NCBI GenBank assembly: GCA_951406725.2
Contig: OX597834.1
Coordinates: 20,646,001 to 20,710,000, forward strand
DNA from: Octopus vulgaris
Lineage: Eukaryota
Length of the DNA: 64,000 nt
Direction: 5' to 3'
Positions 13,111 to 25,813 of this stretch are shown here, in pieces; position 1 is the stretch's first letter; each line of letters starts with the position of its first letter. Made by a program: the position numbers and the translations under genes. Under the pieces are notes generated by a model. That model saw only the letters and a program-made list of their open reading frames with translations. It searched no databases and was not told where the DNA came from.

Positions 13111-13706
13111 AAGCACTAAAATATGCAAATGAACTGAAATGAATTAAAGTGATTAAAGTCTTTACAGAATTTTTTGTTTCTTTCTGTTGTTGTTGTTGTG
13201 CTAATCAATAAGATTAATTTAATGTTTCATTTTATTCCTCAGAAGTGTTTTTTGATGTTTGCTTATTTTTCTTATTTTTCATTTTTTTTTTTTGCTAGGT
13301 AGGACGTTTGAGGGTTTCATGGGATTGGCTGAAGTTCCTCCTGATATGTGTGTGTCATTGTGTGTGTGTTGGTCAGTCTGTGTGTGCATGTGTCATTGTG
13401 TGTAAGTGTGTCATCCTCTGTGTGTGTGTGTGTGTGTGTATGTTTCATCGTGTGTGTATGTGTTATTGCGTGTGTGTTGGTCAGTGTGTGTGCACATGCG
13501 TGTATGTGAGTCATTGTGTGTGTGTTGGTCAGTCTGTGTGTGCATGTGCCATTAGGTGTGAGTGTGTCATCCTGTGTGTGTGTGTGTGTGTATGTTTGTG
13601 TTATTGCGTGTGTGCACATGCGGGTATGTGAGTCATTGTGTGTGTGTGTCGGTGAATATGTGTCGATGATTCTGCCAGTTAGCTGCTGGGATTGGAACCC
13701 AAACTG

Positions 13707-13891
13707 GTTTCAAATTTTGATACAAGGCCAGCAATTTTGGGGGAGGGTGTCACAAGTCGATTACGTTGACCCTATTACTCAACTGGTACTTATTGAGCCC
13801 AAATGGAGGAAAGGCATAGTCCACCTTGGCAGAATTTGAACTTAGAATGTAAAGATGGACAAAATGCCATGAACCATTTTGCTCAGCATGT
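13707..13891 (-). mobile_element. SINE family B, degenerate
   Basis: CAACTGGTACTTATTGA..AAAGGCATAGTCCACCTTGGCAGAATTTGAAC. Confidence 0.7.
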
Positions 13892-14043
13892 GATTGAAGC
13901 ATAAATCAATGCAAAAATTTAGATGGAATTAGGAAAAAATTTAGATCTTAATTAAAAAAAGTATGGATCAATTTTAAAATAAGAAGTTTATATCATATAG
14001 CCAGGGTTGGTCTCAGGTGGGCGTTTTCTTCTCTTTTTCTTGT

Positions 14044-14402
14044 TACGCCAGTGGCACGTAAAAAGCACCATCCAATCGTGGCCGTTGCCAGTCTCGCCTG
14101 GCCTCTGTGCTGGTGGCACGTAAAAAGCACCATCCGATCATGGCCATTGCCAGCCTCGCCTGGCCTCCGTGCCGGTGGCACGTAAAAAGCACCATCCGAT
14201 CATGGCCGTTTGCCAGCCTCGTCTGGCACGTAAACAGCACCTACTACACTCATGGAGTGGTTGGCGTTAGGAAGGGCATCCAGCCGTAGAAACATTGCAA
14301 GATCAGACTGGGCCTGGTGCAGCCTTCTGGCTTCCCAGACCCCAGTTGCACCGTCCAACCCATGCCAGCATGGAAAGCGGATGCTAAACAATGATGATGA
14401 TG
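14044..14402 (+). mobile_element. RTE 3' end (family C)
   Basis: Four GGCACGTAAA(A)..GCACC repeats, GGAGTGGTTGGCGTTAGGAAGGGCATCCAGCCGTAGAAAC, (GAT)n tail. Confidence 0.85.
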
Positions 14403-14414
14403 TTCTCAAGTTAC

Positions 14415-15263
14415 ACCAACTCGTAAGGACTAGTCTCCTGGTTTCTATAGCGTATATACTCTCCACCTGGATGGGACACTAGTCTGTCGCAGGGTTACTC
14501 ATTTTTGCCAGCAGAGTGGACTGGAGCAATATGAAATGAAGTGTTTTGCTGAAGAATGCAATGCATCACCTAGTCCAGGAATCGAAACCACAATCTCATG
14601 ATCATGAGTCCAACACCCTAACCATTAAGCCATGCACCTCCACACTCTGACCCAGGGTAACGTCAAGAATGTGACAGCCAAAGGGTGAGAGGGATGCATC
14701 AGCACTAGGTTGATACTCATTTTCAGCTGTAAAGGGCACGCGGCTGGTTTCCTGGTTTCTCTGACATATATATTCATCCCTGGACAGGACACCAATTCCT
14801 CATAGAATTACTCCTTTTTACCAGCTGAGTAGACTGGAACAACTTGAAATGATGTTTTGATCAAGAATACAATGCATCACCCAGTCCAGGAATCGAAACC
14901 AGAACCTTACAATCATGAGTCCAACACCCTAACCACTAAGCCATGCACCCCCACACTCTGACCCAGGAGAACATCAAGAATGTGACAGCCAAAGGGTGAG
15001 AGGGATGCATCAGCACTAGGTTGATACTCATTTTCAGCTGTAAAGGGCACACGGCTGGTTTCCCGGTTTCTCTGACATATATATTCATCCCTAGACAGGA
15101 CATCAATCCCTCATAGAATTACTCCTTTTTACCAGCTGAGTAGACTGGAACAACTTGAAATGATGTTTTGATCAAGAATACAATGCATCACCCAGTCCAG
15201 GAATCGAAACCACAATCTCATGATCATGAGTCCCAACACCTTAACCACTAAGCCATGCGCCTC
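14415..15263 (-). mobile_element. three tandem SINE family D copies (CORE-like body), including a 311-bp tandem duplication (~14641-14951 / 14952-15263)
   Basis: Minus-strand A-box TGGCTTARTGG and B-box GTTTCGATTCC in each copy; spacer plus SINE repeated with period 311. Confidence 0.85.
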
Positions 15264-15527
15264 TCAACTGGGTCAGCAACAAAAAGGTTGAGTCTTGGAA
15301 CAGAATTTTCTCCCTTCACAATTTCAGTTTTCCTTCTTGCATCATTCAAGTCCCAGATTTTCACAGCTAAAGTCAATTCTAAAATAGAGCAACTTGCAGA
15401 CAAATAAATACAATATTGAAGTAGCAACAGAATTTCTGTGACATATTGCTGGTCGTGATGATTAACTGCGACAAATATATTAAAATACTGATCATATATG
15501 TACAGGAACGCAGTTACACACAGACTC

Positions 15528-15558
<31 letters not shown>

Positions 15559-16010
15559 AGCAGTTATATCTATTTTCAGACTAATAGAAGCTGTAGTAAT
15601 GAGATGTATAAAGTGCACTGAAATACCGATTGCACATATAGAGAAACACGATCATTGCACACTTTGATAATTACATAGCAACAGAAACTGTTTCAGATAT
15701 CAGTTGACCATAATGGTTACTAATGTGAATTATATTGCGTTGCTGACCACATATGTGGACATTTTTTATTTACAGTCACATAATTATATGCTATCATAAT
15801 CGCTTAGAGATGTTAGTAGCTGCAATGGTTAGCAGAATAAAATATAGGAAGATATTGACCATAGAGATGGAGGGAGAATCACGGTTCCATGCAAATCTTG
15901 TCACGGCTTATGGATGCCGTTTATCTTTTACTTGTTTCAGTTAATGGATTGCTGCCATGCTGGGGCACCACTTTAAAGGGTTTAGGTGGTCAAATCGACC
16001 CCAGTACTTA

Positions 16011-16424
16011 CTCTTTTACTCTTTTTTACTCTTTTACTTGTTTCAGTCATTTGACTGCGGCCATGCTGGAGCACCGCCTTTAGTCGAGCAATTCGACCCC
16101 GGGACTTATTCTTTGTAAGCCCAGTACTTATTCTATCGGTCCCTTTTTGCCGAACTGCTAAGTGACAGGGACGTAAACACACCAGCATCGGTTGTCAAGC
16201 AATGCTAGGGGGACAAACACAGGCACACAAACACACACACACACATATATATACATATATATGACAGTCTTCTTTCAGTTTCCGTCTACTAAATCCACTC
16301 ATAAGGCATTGGTCGGCCCGGGGCTATAGCAGAAGACACTTGCCCAAGATGTCACACAGTGGGACTGAACCCGGAACCATGTGGTTGGTTAGCAAGCTAC
16401 TTACCACACAGCCACTCCTGCACC
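16011..16424 (-). mobile_element. SINE family A, full length (extra tail fragment at ~15920-16010)
   Basis: Reverse complement of the family A sequence. Confidence 0.9.
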
Positions 16425-16507
16425 TATTTATTAAGTCTTGTGCTTATTATATCAGTTTGTTTTGCTGAACCACTAAGTGATGGAATCATAAATAAAATGA
16501 CAACAGT

Positions 16508-16647
16508 TCATCATTATCATCATCGTTGTTTAACGTCTGCTTTCCATGCTGGCATGGGTTAGACGATTTGACTGAGGACTAGCAAGCCAGAAGGCTGCAC
16601 CAGGTCCCAATCTGATCTGGCAATGTTTCTACAGCTGGATGCCCCTA
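16508..16647 (-). mobile_element. RTE 3' end (family C), short
   Basis: (CAT)n tail through CAGCTGGATGCCC. Confidence 0.8.
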
Positions 16648-16840
16648 ATATATCTCTTTCCCCTAGTGTATCCCTCAAACTTCTCCATGAGTGCTGCGCT
16701 TATAACAGTGAGGACATGATTATGATGCCCTGTATATCTGTCTCGTGCTAGCCTGCAGTTTGACATAACATGTCTCACCATCACTTTCTCTCCACATCTA
16801 CATTTATCATTCATTTGTATGTTCCACTGGAATATTAAAT
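16648..16840 (-). pseudogene. fragment of an RLE-type non-LTR retrotransposon (CCHC zinc-knuckle region, Hero/NeSL/R2-like)
   Basis: W....NDKCRCGEKVMVRHVMSNCRLARDRYTGHHNHVL matches the C..C....H....C....RY..RH(N/D).VL motif that precedes the restriction-like endonuclease. Confidence 0.65.
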
Positions 16841-17079
16841 CAATTTAATTTAATTTCTGTAATTGCACTAAATGGGTATCGAAACGGCTGTAGGACTGGA
16901 ATTTCATTATATGGATTTGAGTATCTTTGAATAAACTGATATCTGCATGTCAATTTCTCCATTTTCTTCCTTTTCTCATTTATGCATATATGTGTGTATG
17001 TGTGTGTGTGTGTGTGTGTATGATTATGTATACATATGTCTGTGTCTTTATCAATGTAATTGTATGTTTGTGTAGCTGG

Positions 17080-17392
17080 TTGCCCATCGGTTACAATAAT
17101 GAGGATTCCAGTTGATCTTATCAATAGAACAGCCAGCTCATGAAATTAAAATGTAAGTGGCTGAGTATTCCACAGACATGCATACCCTTAACATGGTTCT
17201 CAGGAAGATTCAGTGTGACACAGAGTGTGACAAGGCTGCTCCTTCGAAATACAGATACAAATTCTTTTTGGCAACTGAAGGGACTGGAGCAACATGAAAT
17301 AAAGTGTCTTGCTGAAGAACATAACACATCGCTGGAAATCGAACTCATGACCTTATAATCATGAGCCAAATACCTTAATCACTAAGCCACAG
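17080..17392 (-). mobile_element. SINE with family D (CORE-like) body and tail E1
   Basis: GGACTGGAGCAACATGAAATAAAGTGTCTTGC body plus reverse complement of 9500-9660. Confidence 0.75.
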
Positions 17393-17584
17393 TTTGTGTA
17401 TGTATACATACGTATATTGTTATGTGTGTGTGTATACATAAATATATATAGACATACATACATACATACATACATATATACATAGATATATACATATATA
17501 AATATATATATATATATATTAATAGAAGTATACTCTATTATATATCCATTACAGTCAATCTTATTAATCAGTTTCACACTAGGA

Positions 17585-18385
17585 GTTCAATGGAGTGTTG
17601 GGTAACATTCCGATTATGCAACCCTACGCTCTTCAGAGATATCCATTATGAATGAAACAGGGCAACTGCTCTCTATTGTTCATGGTGAACAGAGACATCT
17701 GATTTGTGGTTGCTGTAAAAAAGACAATGAAACCAACCAAGCAAGGGTTGAGTTGTTCCTTGGTATCAAAGCATAGTCTCTGTGGGGTGGGTTTTGCTGC
17801 AAATCGGCGTAAGGTTCCTGGAATATAGTTTATGGGAAATGTGTATCTTTAAAGTTGGTGCTCTTCTGGAAATGCAATGTGTGTGGTGGTACTACATTGG
17901 TGGTAAGCATGCACATCTGTGTTTATTGATGTGTTTTCTATCTATTATGTTTTGCTTAACTCCTCGGAACATTTACGTATGCATGCGGTGTGTAGGGGTA
18001 CAATATGTGTGAGGGATTGTATTGCATGGGTTGGTGGAAAATGGTCTTTTGATGGTTGTTTGCCATCTTACAGCATGTGTCTTTGTGAGTGCATTTGTGT
18101 ATGTTCTGGTCAAACTCTTTGCCAGATTCCCAGCTGTTGGTGGAGATGTGGGGGCAACGTGGAGAGACTGGTGATTATAGTCATGATGGGGCACACAGGC
18201 ATGATAGGATGTACTTCTCTTTCTGTGGGCAAGGATTAAAAATTTCACTTCTGCTGTTCAGGTAGATGCCTGAGCACTGGGAGCTCTTTAATATCACATA
18301 ATCTGCACTTCTTGCTGCCATTCAAGTATGTTTTGCATTTCTTTAGAATCCTCCACTTTATGCTGTAGTTGGTGGCACTTTTTTC
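17585..18385 (-). pseudogene. possible heavily decayed Penelope-like GIY-YIG region followed by an LTR remnant
   Basis: Frameshifted peptides KDHFPP / QYNPSHILYP..PHAYV / HTLHFQKST / PHRDYALIP lie in the order expected for a PLE endonuclease; CTGAAGAGCGTAGG follows at ~17623-17636 on the minus strand. Confidence 0.3.
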
Positions 18386-18553
18386 AAAAGGTATATATAT
18401 ATATATATATACCTATATATATTTCTTTTATATATTTCAGCACAAGGCTGTGGCCATGCTGGAGTACTGCTAGTGCAAACACATTTTCAGTGGCCATTCT
18501 TATGCAATTGGCTTTTGGTGAAGAAGGGAGTTCAACACGGCTGCCCTCTTTTG

Positions 18554-18853
<300 letters not shown>

Positions 18854-19507
18854 GTTTCCATATGTGTATACATTGTTACTCTTAATTTTCCTTTCCTTCA
18901 GTTCATAAAAAAAAACATCCACCCTGTACATTAACTGCTTGAAAAATACGTTTTGGCAGCTTCTGAAAATACAACCATCAATAATAAAGACCAAGAAATT
19001 AATACACCTAATTATATTAAATGCATTATTGCAAGTGTCATTTTCATTGTCATTGGTTTTGTTGTTCTTGTTGTGGTTGATTGTTTATTGTTTTTTTTTG
19101 TTGTTTTTTTTTTCTTTTTTACCTTTCTGTGCTTGGTTCACTTTTTAACTTTTTCTCCATTATTTTGGTTTGAAAGAAGCAGTTCCACATCATTAGTTAG
19201 TACCCGTAGAGTAATAAATGGGTAAGTTCCATTGATAGACGGGTATTAAGCAGTCTGATTGTAAACCAAGTGGTGATATTTATATATATATATATATATA
19301 TATATGTCACATATATTTATTTTCATATATATATATGCATATATATGCCCGTATATATGTAAGTATATACACACATATTTATGTATGTGCACACACACAC
19401 ACACACATATATAGAGGGAGATTGATAGATAGATTGATAGATAGATAGATAGATAGATAGATATAAATATGAATATATAGAAAAATAAATATGTGTGTGT
19501 GTATGTG

Positions 19508-19584
<77 letters not shown>

Positions 19585-19626
19585 TGTATATCTGTGCTTA
19601 TACATATATATGAATTTCAATATGTT

Positions 19627-19666
<40 letters not shown>

Positions 19667-19669
19667 TAC

Positions 19670-19720
<51 letters not shown>

Positions 19721-19743
19721 GTGTATGCACACATTCATACATA

Positions 19744-19786
<43 letters not shown>

Positions 19787-20581
19787 GAAATATGTATATA
19801 TGTATGTGTTTGTGTGTGTATATATATATTTATATGTGTATGAATATTTATAAAAGTATACCTATGTATAAATACATATGCACACATATAAATATCTATA
19901 TATAGATACCCACAGACATGTTTTTGTCTGTGCATATATGTATGTATGTATGTATGAGTATGTTTGTGTGTTTGTGTGTATATACAACAGAAATAAATAA
20001 ATATACAACAGAAACAAATAAATACGCTCGTACGCATCAGATTTTTTAAGCTATTGACCTGAACTTAATCATACAGTGTAGAATAACTCGTACTCTTTCA
20101 AATACGTGTAACAGTTATTACGGCAGCTAACTCTGGAAGCACCAACAACAACAACAACAATAACAACACGAACACCAACGACAACAATATCAAAAATAAT
20201 TGCGATCATCTGAGAGTTGTTGTGTGGCCATTGAGCATAGGAAACGGTACCGAGAATCAGGCTTTTATGTAAGAATTACCATAACAAAGTCTGCTACTAT
20301 ATACCAGCGCTTTCATGTTCACGGTTGACTTATAACCAAAGGAGCAATTTGTTCAATGATTGCGATTTTGGTTGTTTTGTTTTGTGTGTGTTTTTTTTGG
20401 GGGGGTTTTATTTCTTTTCTTTTTTTTTATCAAAGATCAATAAAGCGAGAGATTTTTAAAAGATAATGGTACCTTCGTTGAGGTTGGCACGTTTAAGAGA
20501 TGCAAATAGAGTGGCATGGAAATGGTTTGGAATTGAAAAAAAAAAAAGTAAAACAAAATGAATGCATACATACAAACAAAT

Positions 20582-21043
20582 CATGATGATGACGATGATG
20601 ATGATGATGATATTTGTGGTGGTGGTGGTAGTGAAAATGTTGGTAGTGGTAATGACGAGGAGTAATGCCAGTAGTAGTGGTATTGGTGGTGACAATGATG
20701 ATGATGGTGGTGTTGGTGATGACCATGCTTAGAATAATGATGATGATGATGATGATACTAACAGTAAGAATGATAATGATCAAAAGTGGTGATCATTTCA
20801 TAATGATGATGATGTCAATGATGACAGTGGTGGTATTGATAGTGACAATAATGACACAGGTAAGATGATGATGATTGTGATTGTGATGGTGGTAGTGAAG
20901 GTGACAATGACGTTGATGATGATGATAATGATGATGATGCCACTGTTTCTGCCATCACCAATGATGCTGGTAACGATGATGATGATGGCTATGATGATGA
21001 TGGTAATGATGATGATGATGATGATGATGGCAATGATGATGAT
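20582..21043. repeat. degenerate (GAT)n/(GGT)n array
   Basis: Direct reading. Confidence 0.9.
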
Positions 21044-21078
21044 GTTTCGTTTACCATTTTTGTTCTGAATACAACTGT

Positions 21079-21482
21079 TTTACTTGTCTCAGTCATTTGA
21101 CTTCGGTCATGCTGGAGCATCAGCTTTAGTCGAGGAAATCTACCCCAGGACTTATTCTTTGTAAGCCTAGTACTTATTCTATCAGTCTCTTTTGCCGAAC
21201 CGCTAAGTTACGGGGGTGTAAACACACCAGCATCTGTTGTCAAGCGATGTAGTGGGGGGACAAACAGACATACAAACACACACACACACACATATATATT
21301 TATGCATATACATATATATGACGGGCTTCTTTTAGTTTCCGTCTACCAAATCCACTCACAAGGCTTTGTTCGGGCTGAGGCTATAGTAGGAGACACTTGC
21401 CCAAGGTGCCATGCTGTGGGACTGAACCCAGAACCATGTGGTTGGTAAGCAAGCTACTTACCACATAGCCACTCCTGTGCCT
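21079..21482 (-). mobile_element. SINE family A, full length
   Basis: Reverse complement of family A. Confidence 0.9.
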
Positions 21483-21799
21483 CATTTCCAGAAACCATAC
21501 AGTTACTTTGTCTTCTCTCTCTCTTTCTCTTCTACTCTCTCGGCCCCTTTTTCTCTTTCTCTCTCTTCTACTCTCTCTCGGCTATCTTCTCTCTCTCACT
21601 CTTTTTCTCTCTCTCTCCCTCTCCATTCCCCCATCTCATTCCTCCTCTCTTCCTCTCCTTCATTTTTGCTCCAGTTTTCAGTTTTGTATCAATATCAGAG
21701 AATAAGAAAGAAAGAAAGAAAGAAAGAAAAGTTCCTCAATTCCTCTCCTGGGTTCAACAGATAATAGAAATTTATTTGGTTGTATGTTTTTAGGGGTCA

Positions 21800-21821
21800 T
21801 TATTACTATTATCATTATTAC

Positions 21822-21857
<36 letters not shown>

Positions 21858-21974
21858 CATCATTATCATCATTACTAATACTACTATCATTATTGTTTTT
21901 ATTGTTGCTTTAGAGGTCTTTTCATTGTCGTTGTGATCCTTCTTCTTCTTCTTCTTCTTCTTCTTCTTCTTCTT

Positions 21975-22069
<95 letters not shown>

Positions 22070-22083
22070 CATCATCATCATCA
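21800..22083. repeat. compound (ATT)n, (CTT)n, (ATT)n, (ATC)n microsatellite
   Basis: Direct reading. Confidence 0.95.
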
Positions 22084-22658
22084 TTGTTGTTGTTTTTATT
22101 ATTTCTAAGAGGGAATTATAACAGCAAACAACAAGAAAGCAAAGGGTCGAACGAGGTTTCAATGATATTCCATAACATCATTTATGCGATACCACTGCAA
22201 CAGTAATAACATTCATTCCGTATCCATGTACATCATCAATAAAAAAAGGGGATATCAACCGTACTTTATTGCTACATCGTTGTGCCATCATCAGATACAA
22301 TAAACATCCCCTCACACTCGATATCTGTTTATCCGTTTACATAAATCATGGCTCTGTTTTGTTTCTTTATGTTTCCTTTCTCGTTCATGTCCACGCATGG
22401 AACGGTGGCAAAACACATGCTTTGCTTTGCGGACTCCTGCAATGCGATGGTGATTTTCAGCTGTTATTTTTACAAATCCAATAAACCGCTGATATTTAAT
22501 GCTTAATCCTGCTCCCCACAAAATAAAAAAAGGCACACACACACACACACTCTCATGCATACACATGCATACACACTGTTGAGTTGTTCAGATGAATCAA
22601 GTCGGGGGGCTTTGTTAGATATCAGGCCTGGTTTATATCAATCTGGAATGAAATGGGC

Positions 22659-23045
22659 AACTTGAGCTATCATGAAAAACCGTTTATTGAGGTAGAGAGA
22701 AAATACAAAGGATAATAGAAATTTGGGGGGCAATCATGGGATCATAGCCAAGCTGGAGCACCACCTTGAAGGGGTTTTAATCATTTAAACTTGAGCAACC
22801 ATGAAAAACCCTTTATTGAGGTAGGGAGAAAATAAAAAGGATAATAGAAAATTGGGGGGCAATCATGGGATCATAGCCAAGCTGGAGCACCACCTTGTAG
22901 GGGTTTTAATCATTTAAACTTGAGCAATCATGAAAAACCCTTTATTGAGGTAGGGAGAAAATAAAAAGGATAATAGAAAATTGGGGGGCAATCATGGGAT
23001 CATAGCCAAGCTGGAGCACCACCTTGAAGGGGTTTTAATCATTTA
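22659..23045. repeat. 129-bp tandem repeat, three copies
   Basis: AACTTGAGC starts at 22659, 22788 and 22917; units nearly identical; unit includes a SINE A tail remnant GCTGGAGCACCACCTTG. Confidence 0.95.
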
Positions 23046-23270
23046 TATAGATCCTTTTCCGAACTTAGTCCGAAAGAATCTTTTACTGATCTTTGTTTCT
23101 TAAATGGCTTACCTTGGGATTTTCTTCCTTTAATAGAGAGTTACTGTTTCGCTGGGAGCTAACGTGAGGTGTGTTCTGATTTGATCACTCTACACAAATG
23201 CACACACACCCTCTACACACATGTAAATTATATATATTTATATATATATATATATATATATTTATGTATG

Positions 23271-23317
<47 letters not shown>

Positions 23318-23348
23318 GTGTGTGTGTGTGTATGTATATATATATATA

Positions 23349-23505
23349 TATTTGAAATTTATAAAAACAAGAGACGCAAATAGGTGTATAAACAACAAGA
23401 AGGTGTATTAGTTTGACACTCGTGAAGGTGAGAAAGTCTTTTACATTTTGAGCCTATGCTCTTCAGCAGAAAGGAACACGAAGAATTAAACAGAGAGAGA
23501 ATAAA
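23349..23505 (-). mobile_element. Penelope-LTR-like short element (family H1), decayed hammerhead-like motif at 23437-23474
   Basis: Minus strand CCTTT-CTGCTGA-A-GAGC(ATAG)GCTC-AAAA-TGT-A-AAAGA; 3' end abuts (TA)n. Confidence 0.6.
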
Positions 23506-23522
23506 ATGGGGAGATTTTTTTT

Positions 23523-23739
23523 ATTCTTTTACTTGTTTCAATCAGTAGTCACTGTGGCCATGCTGGAGCACCAACTTGAAGGGTTTTAGTCGAACAAATT
23601 GGCCCACAGGACTTATTTTTTAACCCTAGTACTTATTCTATCAGTCTCTTTTGCTGAACTGCCCAGTTACGAGGATGTAACCACACCAACACCGGTTGTC
23701 AAGTGATGATGGTGGGACAAACACAGACACAAAGACACA

Positions 23740-23789
<50 letters not shown>

Positions 23790-23975
23790 CATACATGTAT
23801 ACATACATGTATTATGGGCCTCTTTAATCTCCCATCTTCAAAATCCTCTCTCAAGGCTTTGGTCAGCCCAAAGCTATAGTAGATGACAATTGCCCAAGTT
23901 TCCACGCAGTGGGACTAAATCCGGAACCATGTGGTTGGGAAGCAAGCTTCTTAGCACACAGTCTTGCCTATCCCT
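23523..23975 (-). mobile_element. SINE family A, older copy
   Basis: Reverse complement of family A with internal (TA)n. Confidence 0.8.
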
Positions 23976-23992
23976 ATATAAACATACACATA

Positions 23993-24163
23993 GGTGTAGG
24001 AGTGGCTGTGTGGTAAGTAGCTTGCTTACCAGCCACATGGTTCTGGGTTCAGTCCCGCTGTGTGGCATCTTGGGCAAGTGTCTTCTACTATAGCCTCAGG
24101 CCAACCAAAGCCTTGTGAGTGGATTTGGTAGACAGAAACTGAAAGAAGCCTGTCGTATATATG

Positions 24164-24194
<31 letters not shown>

Positions 24195-24408
24195 ATGTTT
24201 GTGTCTGTGTTTGTCCCCCCAACATCACTTGACAACCAATGCTGGTGTGTTTATGTCTCCGTCACTTAGCGGTTCGGCAAAAGAGACCGATAGAATAAGT
24301 ACAAGGACTTACAAAGAATAAGTCCTGGGGTCGATTTTCTCGACTAAAGGTGGTGCTCCAACATGGCCACAGTCGTCAAATGACTGAAGCAAGTAAAAGA
24401 GTAAAGAG
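23993..24408 (+). mobile_element. SINE family A, full length
   Basis: A and B boxes, CORE-like segment, internal (TG)n, GTAAAAGA tail. Confidence 0.9.
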
Positions 24409-24419
24409 TATATATATAC

Positions 24420-24679
24420 TGGTGGCACATAAAAAGCATCATCTGAACATGGCTGATGCCAGTGCCCCCAGAGTGGCTCCCATACTGGTAGGACATAAAA
24501 AGCGCCATCTGAACATGATCAATGCCAGGCCCACCTGACTGGCTCCCATGCGGGTTGGACATAAAAAGCACCATCCAAACGTGGCCAATGCCACTGGCCC
24601 CTAACTGGCTGTAAAAAGCACCCACTATACTCTAGGAGTGGTTGGCATTAGGTAGGGCATCAAGCTGTAGAAACATTGC
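24420..24679 (+). mobile_element. RTE 3'-UTR fragment (family C variant)
   Basis: Three ~69-bp ACATAAAAAGC units, then GGAGTGGTTGGCATTAGGTAGGGCATC. Confidence 0.7.
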
Positions 24680-25813
24680 ACAGTTTCCCTCTACTAAATT
24701 TTAATCAAAAGTTATTGGGGAGGCACAGACTGCTCCAGTGGTGAGAAGCTATTCTAAGGCTATAGTAGGAAGCACTTGCTCAAGATGTCATTCAGTGGAA
24801 CTGAACTCAAGACCACTGATTTAAGAAGCAGGTTACTTAACCACACAGCTATACTTCTGCTCTCTTGCTTATTTCTTTGTTTTATTTCATTTTCTTTTTA
24901 TTTGTTTTTTTCTCCGTTTTATAGTTATTTATTTAGTATAATAAGAACGTATCAGAACAAACAGAGGAATCGATAAGAATTGTTTTAAATGTCACATCAA
25001 AATAGCTTAACATTCCTGTGGCAAAAGCAGTATCAGCGTCGCATGGATTAAGGCATATTTGAAATGATGGACATTTGCAGTTGTCCATGCTAACGCCAAT
25101 CACATTGTGGATTTGGATTCTCGATTCCCATGTAAACTGACAAATCAAAGATTAATCTCTGATCCCGAGTCATATCCTCACACTGTCGATTTAGATCAAT
25201 GTAAATCAACAAAAAAAAAAAAAACCCCAAGAAACAAACCACCAAACAGGCTATGATTCGTGACACACACTCTTGTGTCTGTATTGAGTATGTCGTGGTT
25301 TTACAAATTTGCTGGCTTGCTTGCTGCAAAACAAGTTTATTGTTAATGATGTGGTGTCTATTGAATATTGATGTTCCAGCTATCATGCAGGTGTCTTGAT
25401 GCAAGAACTAGTTTTTCCCAATCAATAATAATGATCAAAGTTTGTTTCATTATATTTTTCATTTATTTATTTATTTATGCATATTTTTTTTGGCTTTATT
25501 ACTTTTTTTAAAACATTTTTACTGCCACATTTTTTTTCTCTCTAATATAGAAGTTATTTCAAACCAAATAATTAGATCAAATGTAATTGCTAAGGAAATG
25601 AATTTTTGAGGATCCTTATTTTGGTCTTGCATTAAATAATAATAATAATAAAAATAATAATAATGATGATGATGATGATGATGATGATCTTCATATTTGT
25701 ATTTTACTTGCAAGATTCTTGATGTGAGTTTGTGTGTTGAAATAAATCTTCTCTTGCGAGGGCCACTTTGCCAGTAAAAATTTAAATGAAGACATGCACT
25801 GCTTCAATAATAA

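Noticed and set aside
19197-19249. Hairpin starting TACCCGTAGA with a miR-100-like seed
   Set aside because: Only the outer ~11 bp and inner ~5 bp pair, with a large asymmetric bulge; no similarity to miR-100/miR-10 beyond the first 10 nt.
22659-23045. CRISPR-like array (also 14044-14240 and 47330-48240)
   Set aside because: Units are tandem copies without unique spacers, in eukaryotic context with no cas genes.
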